A stretch of DNA of 41,387 nucleotides, from assembly GCA_002269645.1 (NCBI GenBank), contig NIVC01004581.1, forward strand, positions 1 through 41,387. Direction: 5' to 3'. Every line of letters begins with the position of its first letter. Positions within the stretch are counted from its first letter, which is position 1. This document shows positions 12,285-23,844 of this stretch, in pieces. A program made the position numbers and the translations under genes. Under the pieces are notes generated by a model. The model worked only from the letters and a program-made list of their open reading frames with translations, did no database searches and was not told the origin of the DNA. This DNA is from Macrostomum lignano. Its lineage: Eukaryota.

Positions 12285-13097
12285 TTTCCTCTTGAGATTC
12301 AGATGCCATCTGTAGGAGAATTTTCCTTGAGGTTCAGATGGTATCTGTAGGAGAATTCCCCTTGTTGTAGATTATACCATTAGGAGAATTTCCCTTGAGT
12401 TTCAGATGATACCAGTAGGAGAATTCCCCTTGATGTAGATTATACCAGTAGGAGAATTCCCCTTGATGTAGATTATACCAGTAGGAGAATTCCCCTTGAG
12501 TTTCAGATGGTATCTGTAGGAGAATTCCCCTTGTTGTAGATTATACCAGTAGGAGAATTCCCCTTGTTGTAGATTATACCATTAGGAGAATTTCCCTTGA
12601 GTTTCAGATGATACCAGTAGGAGAATTCCCCTTGATGTAGATTATACCAGTAGGAGAATTCCCCTTGGTGTAGATTATACCAGTAGGAGAATTCCCCTTG
12701 ATGTAGATTATACCAGTAGGAGAATTCCCCTTGATGTAGATGATTCCAGTAGGAGAATTCCCCTCTAGATTCAGATGGTATCAGTAGGAGAATTCCCCTT
12801 GAGATTCAGATGGTATCAGTAGGAGAATTCCCCTTAAGATTCAGATGGTATCAGTACTAGAATTCTCCTTGAGATTCAGATGGTATCAGTACTAGAATTC
12901 CCCTTGAGATTCAGATGGTATCAGTAGGAGAATTCCCCTTGAGATTCAAATGGTATCAGTAGGAGAATTCCCCTTGAGATTCAAATGGTATCAGTAGGAG
13001 AATTCCCCTTGAGATTCAAATGGTATCAGTAGGAGAATTCCCCTTGAGATTCAAATGGTATCAGTAGGAGAATTCCCCTTGAGATTCAGACGGTATT
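12285..13097. repeat. RSK intron 6 minisatellite, 33/35-bp units (GTAGGAGAATTCCCCTTGAGATTCAGATGGTATCA and variant)
   Basis: Tandem units starting ~12 nt after the donor. Two variant types occur in blocks. Confidence 0.95.
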
Positions 13098-14247
13098 TAT
13101 TATTGCCAAGAAACCCGCAGGAAAGGTGTAGAATTAATATTTTGTTCTGAAAGTTTAAATTAGCTTGATTTTTATTCAAGTTTGAGCAGTTTGGACATGC
13201 ACTGTTGTAGAGTAGCATTGGGTTCTCATTTTTAATTAATTCTGTTCTTAATCCCCAATAATCCTTTCATTCGGAGGCGCAGCTGCTCCCTCCCAGATCC
13301 TCAGGGCCGGGGTTTTGCTGTCCTATGAAAAATATTTTCCCCAACAAATATTATTCCACATTGTAGATAAGTTCAACTTTCAAGAGATTTAACTAATCCT
13401 ATTTTTCATTTCTCACTCCGACCCGCTCCAACCCCGAGTGTCTGCGCAGCAAAATGCATCTAATAAATTTCTAAAGCTAAAGAGAAAACTTCTCTTAAAG
13501 TGGACAATGGACACACTGCGAAGCCCTGTCTGTCAGGGGCCTGGCTGTCTCTCCCTCTCTGACCAGCACCCTGCCTTCTCTCCGCCTCACTCAGTATTTG
13601 AGGATATGCGAGAATATGCAGTGACATCTTTAGACCTGCATATAAATGATATTTGCCCTCAGCACCTGGCTACCTGCCTATCTGTCTGTCTCAGTCTCAG
13701 TCTGCATTGCTGTTCTCTTTTTTTAGAGTTATAATTCCTATCTCAATAATACTAGGTGTCTTTATAGAGGCTTCTACTAACTAATGTGGCCCGCTTGCTG
13801 CCAAGCCAGGGACATCTTCAGCTGCAATCTGGACTGTCAATGTTGTCCTTGGCCAATGTCTGTCTCGGTGGCTAACTCTCTCTGTCCTTGCATCATTCTT
13901 TTCTGCGTCAACGCCCCTCTGATTTGTACTTTTGTTAGTAAATTTAGTATTCACTAAATATATATTTATGCAGATGCAGCCGTAGATACAGAATCTCAGG
14001 CTTGCGTTTTCTGTGTAAAACCCCCTACATGTGTATATAGTATACCTCGCAGATCCCCTTGACACTCCCAAAAGCCCAAAAGACAGAGAGAGGATGAAAG
14101 GGAAGACGATAAGGCTGTGCTGATCATGGGCTGACAGAGACTCCCCCCACCCCTAATTTCTACTAATCTGTTCCAAAACGGACATCCTAAACCGTATTGG
14201 CGCGAATGTCACTGGCCGCCGACCATGCACCCTTTTGGACGTTGAAA

Positions 14248-14760
14248 TGTGGTAGCTGGGGAGATTTGTGATAGCTGGAGTAGATCTGGGGTAGCTGGAG
14301 TAGATTTGGGGTAGCTGGGGTAGATTTGTGGTAGCTGGAGTAGATCTGGGGTAGCTGGAGTAGATTTGTGGTAGCTGGGGTAGATTTGGGGTAGCTGGAG
14401 TAGATTTGTGATAGCTGGAGTAGATTTGTGGTAGCTGGAGTAGATTTGGGGTAGCTGGAGTAGATTTGTGGTAGCTGGGGTAGATTTGTGGTAGCTGGAG
14501 TAGATTTGTGGTAGCTGGAGTAGATTTGTGGTAGCTGGGGTAGATTTGTGGTAGCTGGAGTAGATTTGTGGTAATTGGGGCAGATTTGGAGTAGATGGGC
14601 CAGGTCCACTTCAAGATGGGGCAGATTTGGAGTAGATGGGCCAGGTCCACTTCAAGATGGGGCAGATTTGGAGTAGATGGGTCAGGTGCACTTCAAGATG
14701 GGGCAGATTTGGAGCAGATGGGTTAGGTCCACTTCAAGATGGGGCAGATTTGGGGTAGTA
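14248..14760. repeat. RSK intron 6 distal arrays: 20-bp unit (GTAGCTGGAGTAGATTTGTG) then 41-bp unit x~4
   Basis: Tandem units. The 41-mer shares GTAGAT/GATTTGG with the 20-mer. Confidence 0.93.
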
Positions 14761-14851
14761 GCAGCAGATTTAAGCATTAAAGGTGGCATGGGAACAGCTG
14801 CGGTGAACTTGGAGTCCATGCAAATCTCGCATACACTCTGGTCGTCTGCAG

Positions 14852-15178
14852 ATCATCGACTGTTCCAAGCGGGACCCTCAAGAGGAGGTGGAAATCCTGT
14901 TGCGATTCTCCGAGCACCCAAACATCGTGTCGCTGCGGGATGTGTACACCTCGGTGTCCACCGGCCGCGTCTACCTGGTGATGGAGCTACTGCGGGGCGG
15001 CGAACTGCTCGACAGGATTCTGCGCCAGAAATTCTTTAGCGAACGCGAAGCCTCCGCCGTTATTGAGGTTGTCTGCCGGACCCTCGCTTTTCTGCACAAG
15101 AATGGCGTTGTGCATCGCGACTTGAAGCCTTCCAACCTGGTGTACGCCAGCGACGACTGGGCACCCGAGAGCTTGCGG
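14852..15178 (+). CDS. RPS6KA: p90 RSK exon 7 (IIDCSKRDPQEEVEILLRFSEHPNI...VVHRDLKPSN...ESLR)
   Basis: CAMK-like CTKD motifs. CTGCAG/GTGAGT boundaries, phase 0-0. Confidence 0.97.
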
Positions 15179-15199
15179 GTGAGTGAGACTGTTCGTGAT

Positions 15200-15875
15200 T
15201 GTAGCTGGGTGTCTGACTGGGTACCTGGGGTCTGAACGGGTATCTGGATGTCTGAGTGGGTATCTGGGTGTCTGAGTGGGTATCTGGGTTCTCTGAGTGG
15301 GTATCTAGGTGTCTGAGTGGGTATCTGGGTTCTCTGAGTGGGTATCTGGGTGTCCGAGTGGGTATCTGGGGTCTCTGAGTGGGTATCAGAGTTCTGAACG
15401 GGTATCTGGATGTCTGAGTGGGTATCAGGGGTCTGAACGGGTATCTGGATGTCTGAGTGGGTATCTGGGTGTCTGAGTGGGTATCTGGGGTCTCTGAGTG
15501 GGTATCAGAGGTCTCTGAGTGGGTATCTGGGTGTCTGAGTGGGTATCAGGAGTCTGAAAGGGTATCTGGATGTCTGAGTGGGTATCAGGGGTCTGAACGG
15601 GTATCTGGGTGTCTGAGTGGGTATCAGGGGTCTGAACGGGTATCTGGGTGTCTGAGTGGGTATCTGGGTCTCTGAGTGAGTGTCTGAGTGGGTATTTGGG
15701 GTCTCTGGGTGTCTGAGTGGATATCTGGGTCTCTGAGTGGGTATCTGGGTCTCTGAGTGGGTATCTGGGTCTCTGAGTGGGTATCTGGGTCTCTGAGTGG
15801 GTATCTGGGTGTCTGAGTAGATATCTGAGTTTCCGAGTGGGTATCTGGGAGTTTAAGTGGGTATTTAGGTGTCTC
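15200..15875. repeat. RSK intron 7 proximal minisatellite, ~20-bp unit (CTGAGTGGGTATCTGGGTGT)
   Basis: G-rich tandem units starting ~20 nt after the donor. Confidence 0.94.
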
Positions 15876-16404
15876 TACTTATCTGAGCTATATCTCAACC
15901 CTTGTAAGTGCTTCTATTTTTAGTGCATGGAAATTGCCAACAGTTCCTATACATGCTGACTTTTGCGCTGCAAGACAGACAGTAATAAGATTTTTTGGCA
16001 TTTAAGCATCAGCTGACGGCAAGCCTTTCTTAGAATGCGGCGACTGCGGCTAAGGAAGCTTTAGCTAGATAGAGAAAAGCAAAGAGAGAGAGAGTGATTA
16101 GTCTGTCCCCCAGATCTGAATGTACTTTTATGTTAACCGCGGCCGTGTCGTGCAAATATTATTATTGACAGAGTTCACTGGGTGGCTCTGGGAAGAATAG
16201 GAGGTAGAAGAAAGGGATTTGCATTACAGAGCTTCACCATCCTTGCTCTCCGAGGCCTTCTGTAATATTAAAGCTAGCTATTTCCTAACAATAGGATTCA
16301 AACCTCGAAAAATCGTGCTTATAAATGCAAAAATTCTGTCTACTTTGGGATTTTGAAATGTATTGGAGGCATTCTCGTATTCTGTTTGGGGATTCCCATG
16401 TTGC

Positions 16405-17810
16405 TAGGGATTTTTGTCTGATTGGGATGTTTAATCAGCTGGGGTTTTTTGTCTGATTGGTCTGTTTAATCAGCTGGGGTTTTTTGTCTGATTGGGATGT
16501 TTAATCTGCTGGGGATTTTTGTCTGATTGGTCTGTTTAATCAGCTGGGGTTTTTTGTCTGATTGGTCTGTTTAATCAGCTGGGGTTTTTTGTCTGATTGG
16601 TTGTTTAATCAGCTGGGGTTTTTTGTCTGATTGGTCTGTTTAATCAGCTGGGGTTTTTTGTCTGATTGGGATGTTTAATCTGCTGGGGATTTTTGTCTGA
16701 TTGGTCTGTTTAATCTGCTGGGGATTTTTGTCTGATTGGTCTGTTTAATCTGCTGGGGATTTTTGTCTGATTGGTCTGTTTAATCTGCTGGGGATTTTTG
16801 TCTGATTGGTCTGTTTAATCTGCTGGGGATTTTTGTCTTATTAGGATGTTTAATCTGCTGGGGATTTTTGTCTTATTAGGATGTTTAATCAGCTGGGGAT
16901 TTTTGTCTGATTGGGATGTTTAATCTGCTGGGGATATTTGTCTGATTGGGATTTTTAATCAGCTGGGGATATTTGTCTTATTGGGATGTTTAATCAGCTG
17001 GGGTTTTTTGTCTGATTGGTCTGTTTAATCAGCTGGGGTTTTTTGTCTGATTGGTCTGTTTAATCAGCTGGGGTTTTTTGTCTGATTGGTCTGTTTAATC
17101 AGCTGGGGTTTTTTGTCTGATTGGTCTGTTTAATCAGCTGGGTTTTTTTGTCTGATTGGTCTGTTTAATCAGCTGGGGTTTTTTGTCTGATTGGTCTGTT
17201 TAATCAGCTGGGGTTTTTTGTCTGATTGGTCTGTTTAATCAGCTGGGGTTTTTTGTCTGATTGGGATGTTTAATCTGCTGGGGATTTTTGTCTGATTGGT
17301 CTGTTTAATCTGCTGGGGATTTTTGTCTGATTGGTCTGTTTAATCTGCTGGGGATTTTTGTCTGATTGGTCTGTTTAATCTGCTGGGGATTTTTGTCTTA
17401 TTAGGATGTTTAATCTGCTGGGGATATTTGTCTTATTAGGATGTTTAATCTGCTGGGGATTTTTGTCTTATTAGGATGTTTAATCAGCTGGGGATTTTTG
17501 TCTGATTGGGATGTTTAATCTGCTGGGGATATTTGTCTGATTGGGATTTTTAATCAGCTGGGGTTTTTTGTCTGATTGGTCTGTTTAATCAGCTGGGGAT
17601 TTTTTTCTTATTGGGATGTTTAATCAGCTGGGGATATTTGTCTGATTGGGATGTTTAATCAGCTGGCGATTTTTGTCTGATTGGGATTTTTAATCAGCTG
17701 GGGATTTTTGTCTGATTGGGATGTTTAATCTGCTGGGGATTTTTGTCTGATTGGGATGTTTAATCAGCTGGGTTTTTGTCGGATTGAGATTTTTAGTCAG
17801 CTTGGGATTT
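16405..17810. repeat. RSK intron 7 distal minisatellite, 35-bp unit (CTGATTGGTCTGTTTAATCAGCTGGGGTTTTTTGT), ~40 copies
   Basis: Tandem units with patchwork variants. Confidence 0.96.
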
Positions 17811-17959
17811 TATCTGATTGTTTTTTATGATTTTTGTTTCATTGGGACTTTGCATTCGACTAGGGGGGGGGGGGATATTTGGGAATCTGTTGATCAGGCG
17901 GCAGTCGACGCACGGAATCGAACCCACCTACTCTGGCACCTCTGCTCTCTGCACTGCAG

Positions 17960-18244
17960 GTGTGCGACTTCGGTTTTGCTAAACAGCTGCGCGCGGAGAA
18001 CGGCCTCCTGATGACGCCGTGCTATACAGCCTCCTTCGTGGCTCCTGAGGTGCTCAAACTGCAGGGCTACTCAAAAGCCTGCGACGTCTGGAGCGCCGGG
18101 GTGCTGTTGTACACCATGCTGGCCGGCCGCACTCCGTTCGCCCACGGGCCCAACGACCCGTCCGAAGAGATTCTGAGCCGAATCGAGTCCGGGACCGTTG
18201 TTCTCGATGGCGGCAACTGGGACTCGGTGTCCGCGCACGCCAAG
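17960..18244 (+). CDS. RPS6KA: p90 RSK exon 8 ([30 protein letters not shown]...SAHAK)
   Basis: DFG and the ERK-target MTPCYT activation loop. CTGCAG/GTGAGC boundaries. Confidence 0.97.
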
Positions 18245-18269
18245 GTGAGCTGAGGCTTCGATTGACGGC

Positions 18270-19785
18270 TTTTGGTTGTTGAATAGCAATCCGATTGTTG
18301 TTTGTTGGTTGTTGAACTGCAGCAATCCAATTGTTGTTTGTTGGTTGTTGAATAGCAATCCGATTGTTGTTTGTTGGTTGTTGAATTGCAGCAATCCAAT
18401 TGTTGTTTGTTGGTTGTTGAATAGCAATCTGATTGTTGTTTGTTGGTTGTTGAATAGCAATCTGATTGTTGTTTGTTGGTTGTTGAATTGCAGCAATCCA
18501 ATTGTTGTTTGTTGGTTGTTGAATAGCAATCCGATTGTTGTTTGTTGGTTGTTGAATTGCAGCAATCCAATTGTTGTTTGTTGGTTGTTGAATAGCAATC
18601 TGACTGTTGTTTGTTGGTTGTTGAATAGCAATCTGATTGTTGTTTGTTGGTTGTTGAACTGCAGCAATCCAATTGTTGTTTGTTGGTTGTTGAATAGCAA
18701 TCTGATTGTTGTTTGTTGGTTGTTGAATTGCAGCAATCCGATTTTTGTTTGTTGGTTGTTGAATAGCAATCCAATTGTTGTTTGTTGGTTGTCGAATAGC
18801 AATCCGATTGTTGTTTGTTGGTTGTTGAATTGCAGCAATCCGATTGTGGTTTGTTGGTTGTTGAATAGCAATCCGATTGTTGTTTGTTGGTTGTTGAACT
18901 GCAGCAATCCAATTGTTGTTTGTTGGTTGTTGAATAGCAATCTGATTGTTGTTTGTTGGTTGTTGAATTACAGCAATCTGATTGTTGTTTGTTGGTTGTT
19001 GAATTACAGCAATCCAAGTGTTGTTTGTTGGTTGTTGAATAGCAATCCGATTGTTGTTTGTTGGTTGTTGAATTGCAACAATCCAATTTTTGTTTGTTGG
19101 TTGTTGAATAGCAATCCAATGGTTGTTTGTTGGTTGTTGAATAGCAATCCGATTGTTATGGTTGTTGAATTGCAGCAATCCAATTGTTGTTTGTTGGTTG
19201 TTGAGTAGCAATCCGATTGTTGTTTGTTGGTTGTTGAATAGCAATCTAGTTGTTGTTTGTTGGTTGTTGAATAGCAATCTAGTTGTTGTTTGTTGGTTGT
19301 TGAATAGCAATTCGATTGTTGTTTGTTGGTTGTTGAATTGCAATCCGATTGTTGTTTGTTGGTTGTTGAATTGCAGCAATCCGATTGTTGTTTGTTGGTT
19401 GTTGAATTGCGACAATCCAATTTTTGTTTGTTGGTTGTTGAATAGCAATCCAATTGTTTGTTTGTTGTTGAATAGCAATCAAATTGTTGTTTGTTTGTTG
19501 TTGAATAGCAATCCGATTGTTGTTTGTTGGTTGTTGAATTGCAGCAATCCAATTGTTGTTTGTTGGTTGTTGAATAGCAATCTGATTGTTGTTTGTTGGT
19601 TGTTGAATTGCGACAATCCAATTTTTGTTTGTTGGTTGTTGAATAGCAATCCAATTGTTTGTTTGTTGTTGAATAGCAATCCAATTGTTGTTTGTTTGTT
19701 GTTGAATAGCAATCCAATTGTTGTTTGTTGGTTGTTGAATAGCAATCCAATTGTTTTGTTGTTTGTTTAATAGCAATCCGATTGC
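18270..19785. repeat. RSK intron 8 minisatellite, largely alternating 33- and 36-bp units (TTGTTGTTTGTTGGTTGTTGAATAGCAATCCGA / ...GAATTGCAGCAATCCAA)
   Basis: Tandem units. Lengths divisible by 3 explain the long spurious ORFs on both strands. Confidence 0.97.
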
Positions 19786-20050
19786 TGTTTTGTTGATTGT
19801 TGCATTAGCAATCAAAGTGTTGATGATTGTTGCATTAGCAATCAAAGTGTTGTTGATTGTTGTATTAGCAATCAGTGTTTTTGATTGTTGCATTAGCAAT
19901 CAAAGTGTTGTTGATTGTTGCATTAGCAATCAAAGTGTTGTTGATTGTTGCATTAGCAATCAAAGTGTTGTTGATTGTTGCATTAGCAATCAAAGTGTTG
20001 TTGATTGTTGCATTAGCAATCAAAGTGTTGTTGATTGTTGCATTAGCAAT
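19786..20050. repeat. RSK intron 8 distal array, 30-bp unit (TTGTTGCATTAGCAATCAAAGTGTTGTTGA) x~8
   Basis: Related to the preceding array (TTGTTG, AGCAATC). Ends ~19 nt before the acceptor. Confidence 0.95.
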
Positions 20051-20069
20051 TTGCCAACCAATCCGGCAG

Positions 20070-20339
20070 GACTTGGTCCGCCGCATGCTGCTCGTGGATC
20101 CAACCCAGCGCATCACCGCTGCGCAGGCGCTGCAGCACACCTGGGTGGCCAGTCGGGCGGTGCTGCCGCTGTACCGGCTGGCGGTGCACCAGGAGGCCGG
20201 CCAGATGCGCGGCGCCATGCGAGCAACATTCGCCGCGGTGAACAAGCCGCCGCCCTTGCCGGCCCTGCAGAGCGTGGCGGCATCGGGGCTGGCAAAGCGA
20301 CGCGGCAAGCAGCTGCTGAAGGTGTCCACTGAGGTCTGA
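20070..20339 (+). CDS. RPS6KA: p90 RSK final exon (DLVRRMLLVDP...GAMRATF...LAKRRGKQLLKVSTEV*)
   Basis: Autoinhibitory helix, ERK-docking LAKRR, class I PDZ ligand STEV, and TGA at 20337-20339. All 9 exons join in frame to 772 aa. Confidence 0.96.
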   Translation, partial: DLVRRMLLVDPTQRITAAQALQHTWVASRAVLPLYRLAVHQEAGQMRGAMRATFAAVNKPPPLPALQSVAASGLAKRRGKQLLKVSTEV

Positions 20340-22515
20340 CTGTCCCGCTTTGGGGGAGGTCGTGAAAATAATGTCAAATTTTTGCTCTCGTGGCTTCAAC
20401 TTCCTCAGCTGGGATTTCATCTGTTTCAATAAAATTGTTCAAAATCAGACTAGTAAACAAAGTTCTTCGTATGTCTACTAATAGTACAGATTTGTTTCTT
20501 ATTAAGAAACTTGAACTCAAAATAGAGAATAATACAGTACCGCCCTACTGCCAGTACCTGCTCGTAGTTAGTAGTATCGAACGCGTTTTTCTTTTCGAAA
20601 ACAACAGAGACCCAAGTATTGCTGTTATCTTACCATTATTAATTGATATGCCAGCGTGTTCTATACTTTTTTACATTATAATCGAATTGTTTTGTGAACT
20701 GTTTTTCCCAGTCTTTATTCACTTGTTAATCTTCTTTAATGCCAGTAAGCTCGCAGGTTCTGTCTGTCTCTTTTTAAAAACTTATTTATTAACTTTAATT
20801 TGCATGCCTTTTACTATATGCCTGTGTTTCTTTTTATATATGGATAAATCTTTCGCGTACACACACACACTACTTTTTACAAGAAGTACATAGTTGCAGA
20901 AATCTTGCTGCCTATCTGATCTGATATTTTCTCCCGTTCACCTGGTTGCTGACCCCCTCTATCAGTCCCTATTTTGCAGGTGTCGGTGCTTCATGTTTGA
21001 AATATCGAATGAGAAAAATTAAAATCTTTTCATTTACGTTGTCATTATATTATTGACAGGCCATTGGATTATAGGACAATACAATACTGAGTAAGCATTG
21101 CGCACAGGTCTATCTGGGGCGACTGTTGAGTCACGTGTTCGTCACGTGAGCTGCAGCTTTGCAGAATCGTAAAAAAAGTCGCAAAAAAGACGTCCAAGAC
21201 GTCAAGTGTTAGCGCTTAACTTTCTACTAACTCAAGTAGGCTGAACAGAGTTGTTGAAAATGCGAAATGCGATTCGAATTCATTAAGTGACGCAGCTGCA
21301 CTTTTTAGAACGCAACTCAGTGATTCTTAGGCAACTCGTGAACGACTTTTTGGCGACTTGTACCGTGCCTGGGTACCGTCTTCATCGGGTTAAACAAATC
21401 AAGTCTTCTATTGTTGTTTTTTAACCTGGCTAGCGTGTTGTTTTATAAAAGTGTGCGTGCGTTTCTAAAATCATTTGTTGCCTGTGATCTCTGATATTAA
21501 ACCGGATTGGAACAGCAGCGATGCGGGCATTCCGAAACCCCCAGTTTCTATTCGATCAATTTTGGCTCACTCTATCTTCATTATCACATTTTATCTGTAC
21601 AATTTAGAATTTGTTGTCCGCATATCAAACGATTTCAAACGAATTACATGGCAGTGTAATGTTGACAAAATTATTGAATCAAATATAACTGCTATACTAT
21701 TTCTAGGAATTCGATTAGTTGCGGTTCCCGCGCTGTTAAACACTGCCCGCCTTTGAAACACTGCCCGCCTTTGAAATTTCTTATTTATTGGTAGAATTAT
21801 TTTACGATAATAAATCTCAAATAGCTCTACTTGCAGTAGCTAAACTTGACCTGTTTATCTCGTAGCACAATTTGCACCAGGTTGAGGTGTAGCAATGAAG
21901 TAAAAATAAATATGCAGAGTAACGATATTGGCCATAATTATATGAGATGGCAGTCAAAGTAATTAATAGCAGAAGGCTGCGCGCGTATTACCTTTGTAAA
22001 CACGCTCTGTTCTCTCTGTAGCTGCGCATTTAACCCGCAGCTATCAACGCTAGCACGAACTTGCAGACCTGTTTTGCATCGTCTCTCTGTCTCAAGTGTA
22101 CTCAAAATGTATAGATGAAAAGAAAATGCCTTTCGAAGCAGACGGCAGGGTTTATAGTTCTGAGAAAATGAAATAAAAATTCTTGTATTTTTCGTTTTGA
22201 CAAAATTGGCTAAATAATTAATGAGTACTTTTTCACAGCCAGGTAAAATATTTGACGGAAAACTCAGAATACAGAATGACTTCTTTGTTTGAAAATATTA
22301 TATATTGTGACCAAGAAGTTTTTCAACTGTTGTAATATTTGACTCCCCTGACACTTATGGGCACGCGAAAGTGTGGGCGGATGAAGCTGTGTGCAGCTGT
22401 GAGCATTGAAGGTACATGTACATTCAATCGTTGTTAGAAAGTTTTTGTTTTGATTTTCTTGCAAGCAAAACCAGGCAATGTAAGCACGCAAATATGAGAG
22501 CCTGACATGCAATCT

Positions 22516-23270
22516 TAACTCTGACACCCAATCTGAACCCTGACACCCTATCTGAACCCTGACACCCTATCTGAACCCTGACACCCTATTATGACTCTGA
22601 CACCCAATCTGAACCCTGACACCCTATCTGAACCCTGACACCCTATCTGAACCCTGACACCCTATTATGACTCTGACACCCAATCTGAAGCCTGACACCC
22701 TATCTTAACTCTGACAGCCAATCTGAACCCTGACACCCTATCTGAACCCTGACACCCTATCTTGACTCTAACACCCAATCTGGAGCCTGACATCCAATCT
22801 GGAGCCTGACACCCTATCTTGACTCTCGGACACCCCTATCTTGACTCCCTGACACCCTATCTTGACTCTCTGACACCCAATCTGAACCCTGACACCCTAT
22901 TATGACTCTGACACCCAATCTGAAGCCTGACACCCTATCTTAACTCTGACAGCCAATCTGGACCCTGACACCCAATCTGAACCCTGACACCCTATTATGA
23001 CTCTGACACCCAATCTGAACCCTGACACCCTATCTGAACCCTGACACCCTATCTGAACCCTGACACCCTATTATGACTCTGACACCCAATCTGAAGCCTG
23101 ACACCCTATCTTAACTCTGACAGCCAATCTGAACCCTGACACCCTATCTGAACCCTGACACCCTATCTTGACTCTAACACCCAATCTGGAGCCTGACATC
23201 CAATCTGGAGCCTGACACCCTATCTTGACTCTCGGACACCCCTACCTTGACTCCCTGACACCCTATCTTG
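22516..23270. repeat. Intergenic minisatellite, ~18-bp unit (CTGACACCCWATCTGAACC) with a ~406-bp higher-order duplication
   Basis: The variant string including CTCGGACACCCC recurs at 22827 and 23233. Confidence 0.94.
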
Positions 23271-23479
23271 GAATGAGCTCGATGCAGAGATCAAGAAAAG
23301 GTTGATTGAATCAGAATTATAACGGCTCTCAATATGCTATATGCTATGCAAACGTGGCGAGATTCTGGAATAAAAAATTGTCAACAAAAACGATAGCCGC
23401 TTGTTCAATAGAATGTTTATTGGTTTCAAACAGAACCGATTTAAACGAAAACTTTGACAATTTCACACATAGCCGAAAT

Positions 23480-23827
23480 TCACGTGTTGCTGAAATTCAC
23501 GTAGGCATTCTCCGAGCTCACCTTGTAGCTCTCGCTGGCGCCGCTGGTTCCGCTGGCGCCGCCTCCGCTGGCGCCGAAGAATCGCTCCCGGTAGCGGCTG
23601 GGCCGGTGCTCAATCAGCCAGGCGCCCAGGCGGCTTCCCGGATGTCGGAAGCCGTACAGCAGGACGCCGGCCACTGTGGCGACCGCAGCCAGCGCCAGGA
23701 TGCCCAGGCAGACGCCGAGTGCCACCTGACCGGCGCTGCGCCTGCTGGCTGCCTCTGGCGGCTGCTCCGTGCCGGTGCGACCGAGCGGCACAATGCTGCG
23801 GTCGCCGTCACCGCAGGTTCCGCTGGC
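23480..23827 (-). CDS. PLXDC: PLXDC final exon: juxtamembrane, TM helix (VALGVCLGILALAAVATVAGVLLYG), RHPGSRLGAWLIEHRPSRY, tail ending NAYVNFSNT*
   Basis: The post-TM motif matches the PLXDC HHPTS..FFIERRPSRW pattern. CCGCAG acceptor and TGA at 23482-23480. AATAAA on - at ~23417-23422. Confidence 0.9.
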   Translation of the reverse strand, partial: ASGTCGDGDRSIVPLGRTGTEQPPEAASRRSAGQVALGVCLGILALAAVATVAGVLLYGFRHPGSRLGAWLIEHRPSRYRERFFGASGGGASGTSGASESYKVSSENAYVNFSNT

Positions 23828-23844
23828 CTGCGGTTCATGGTGTG

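Noticed and set aside
12285-13097. Array of NF-kB-like sites (GGAGAATTCCCC)
   Set aside because: Imperfect match to the consensus, organism and pathway context unknown, and any repeat multiplies chance motifs.
14153-15039. 165-, 140- and 120-aa ORFs
   Set aside because: Translations of the 20- and 41-bp arrays in RSK intron 6, or of an off-frame of exon 7.
18054-19899. Long NNQQTT / LLNSNPIVVCW repeat ORFs on both strands (up to 474 aa)
   Set aside because: They arise from 33/36/30-bp intronic units divisible by three, inside RSK intron 8, whose flanking exons join in frame.
21738-21777. 18-19-bp direct duplication CACTGCCCGCCTTTGAAA
   Set aside because: Only two copies with no TIR or other supporting structure; likely a local slippage event.
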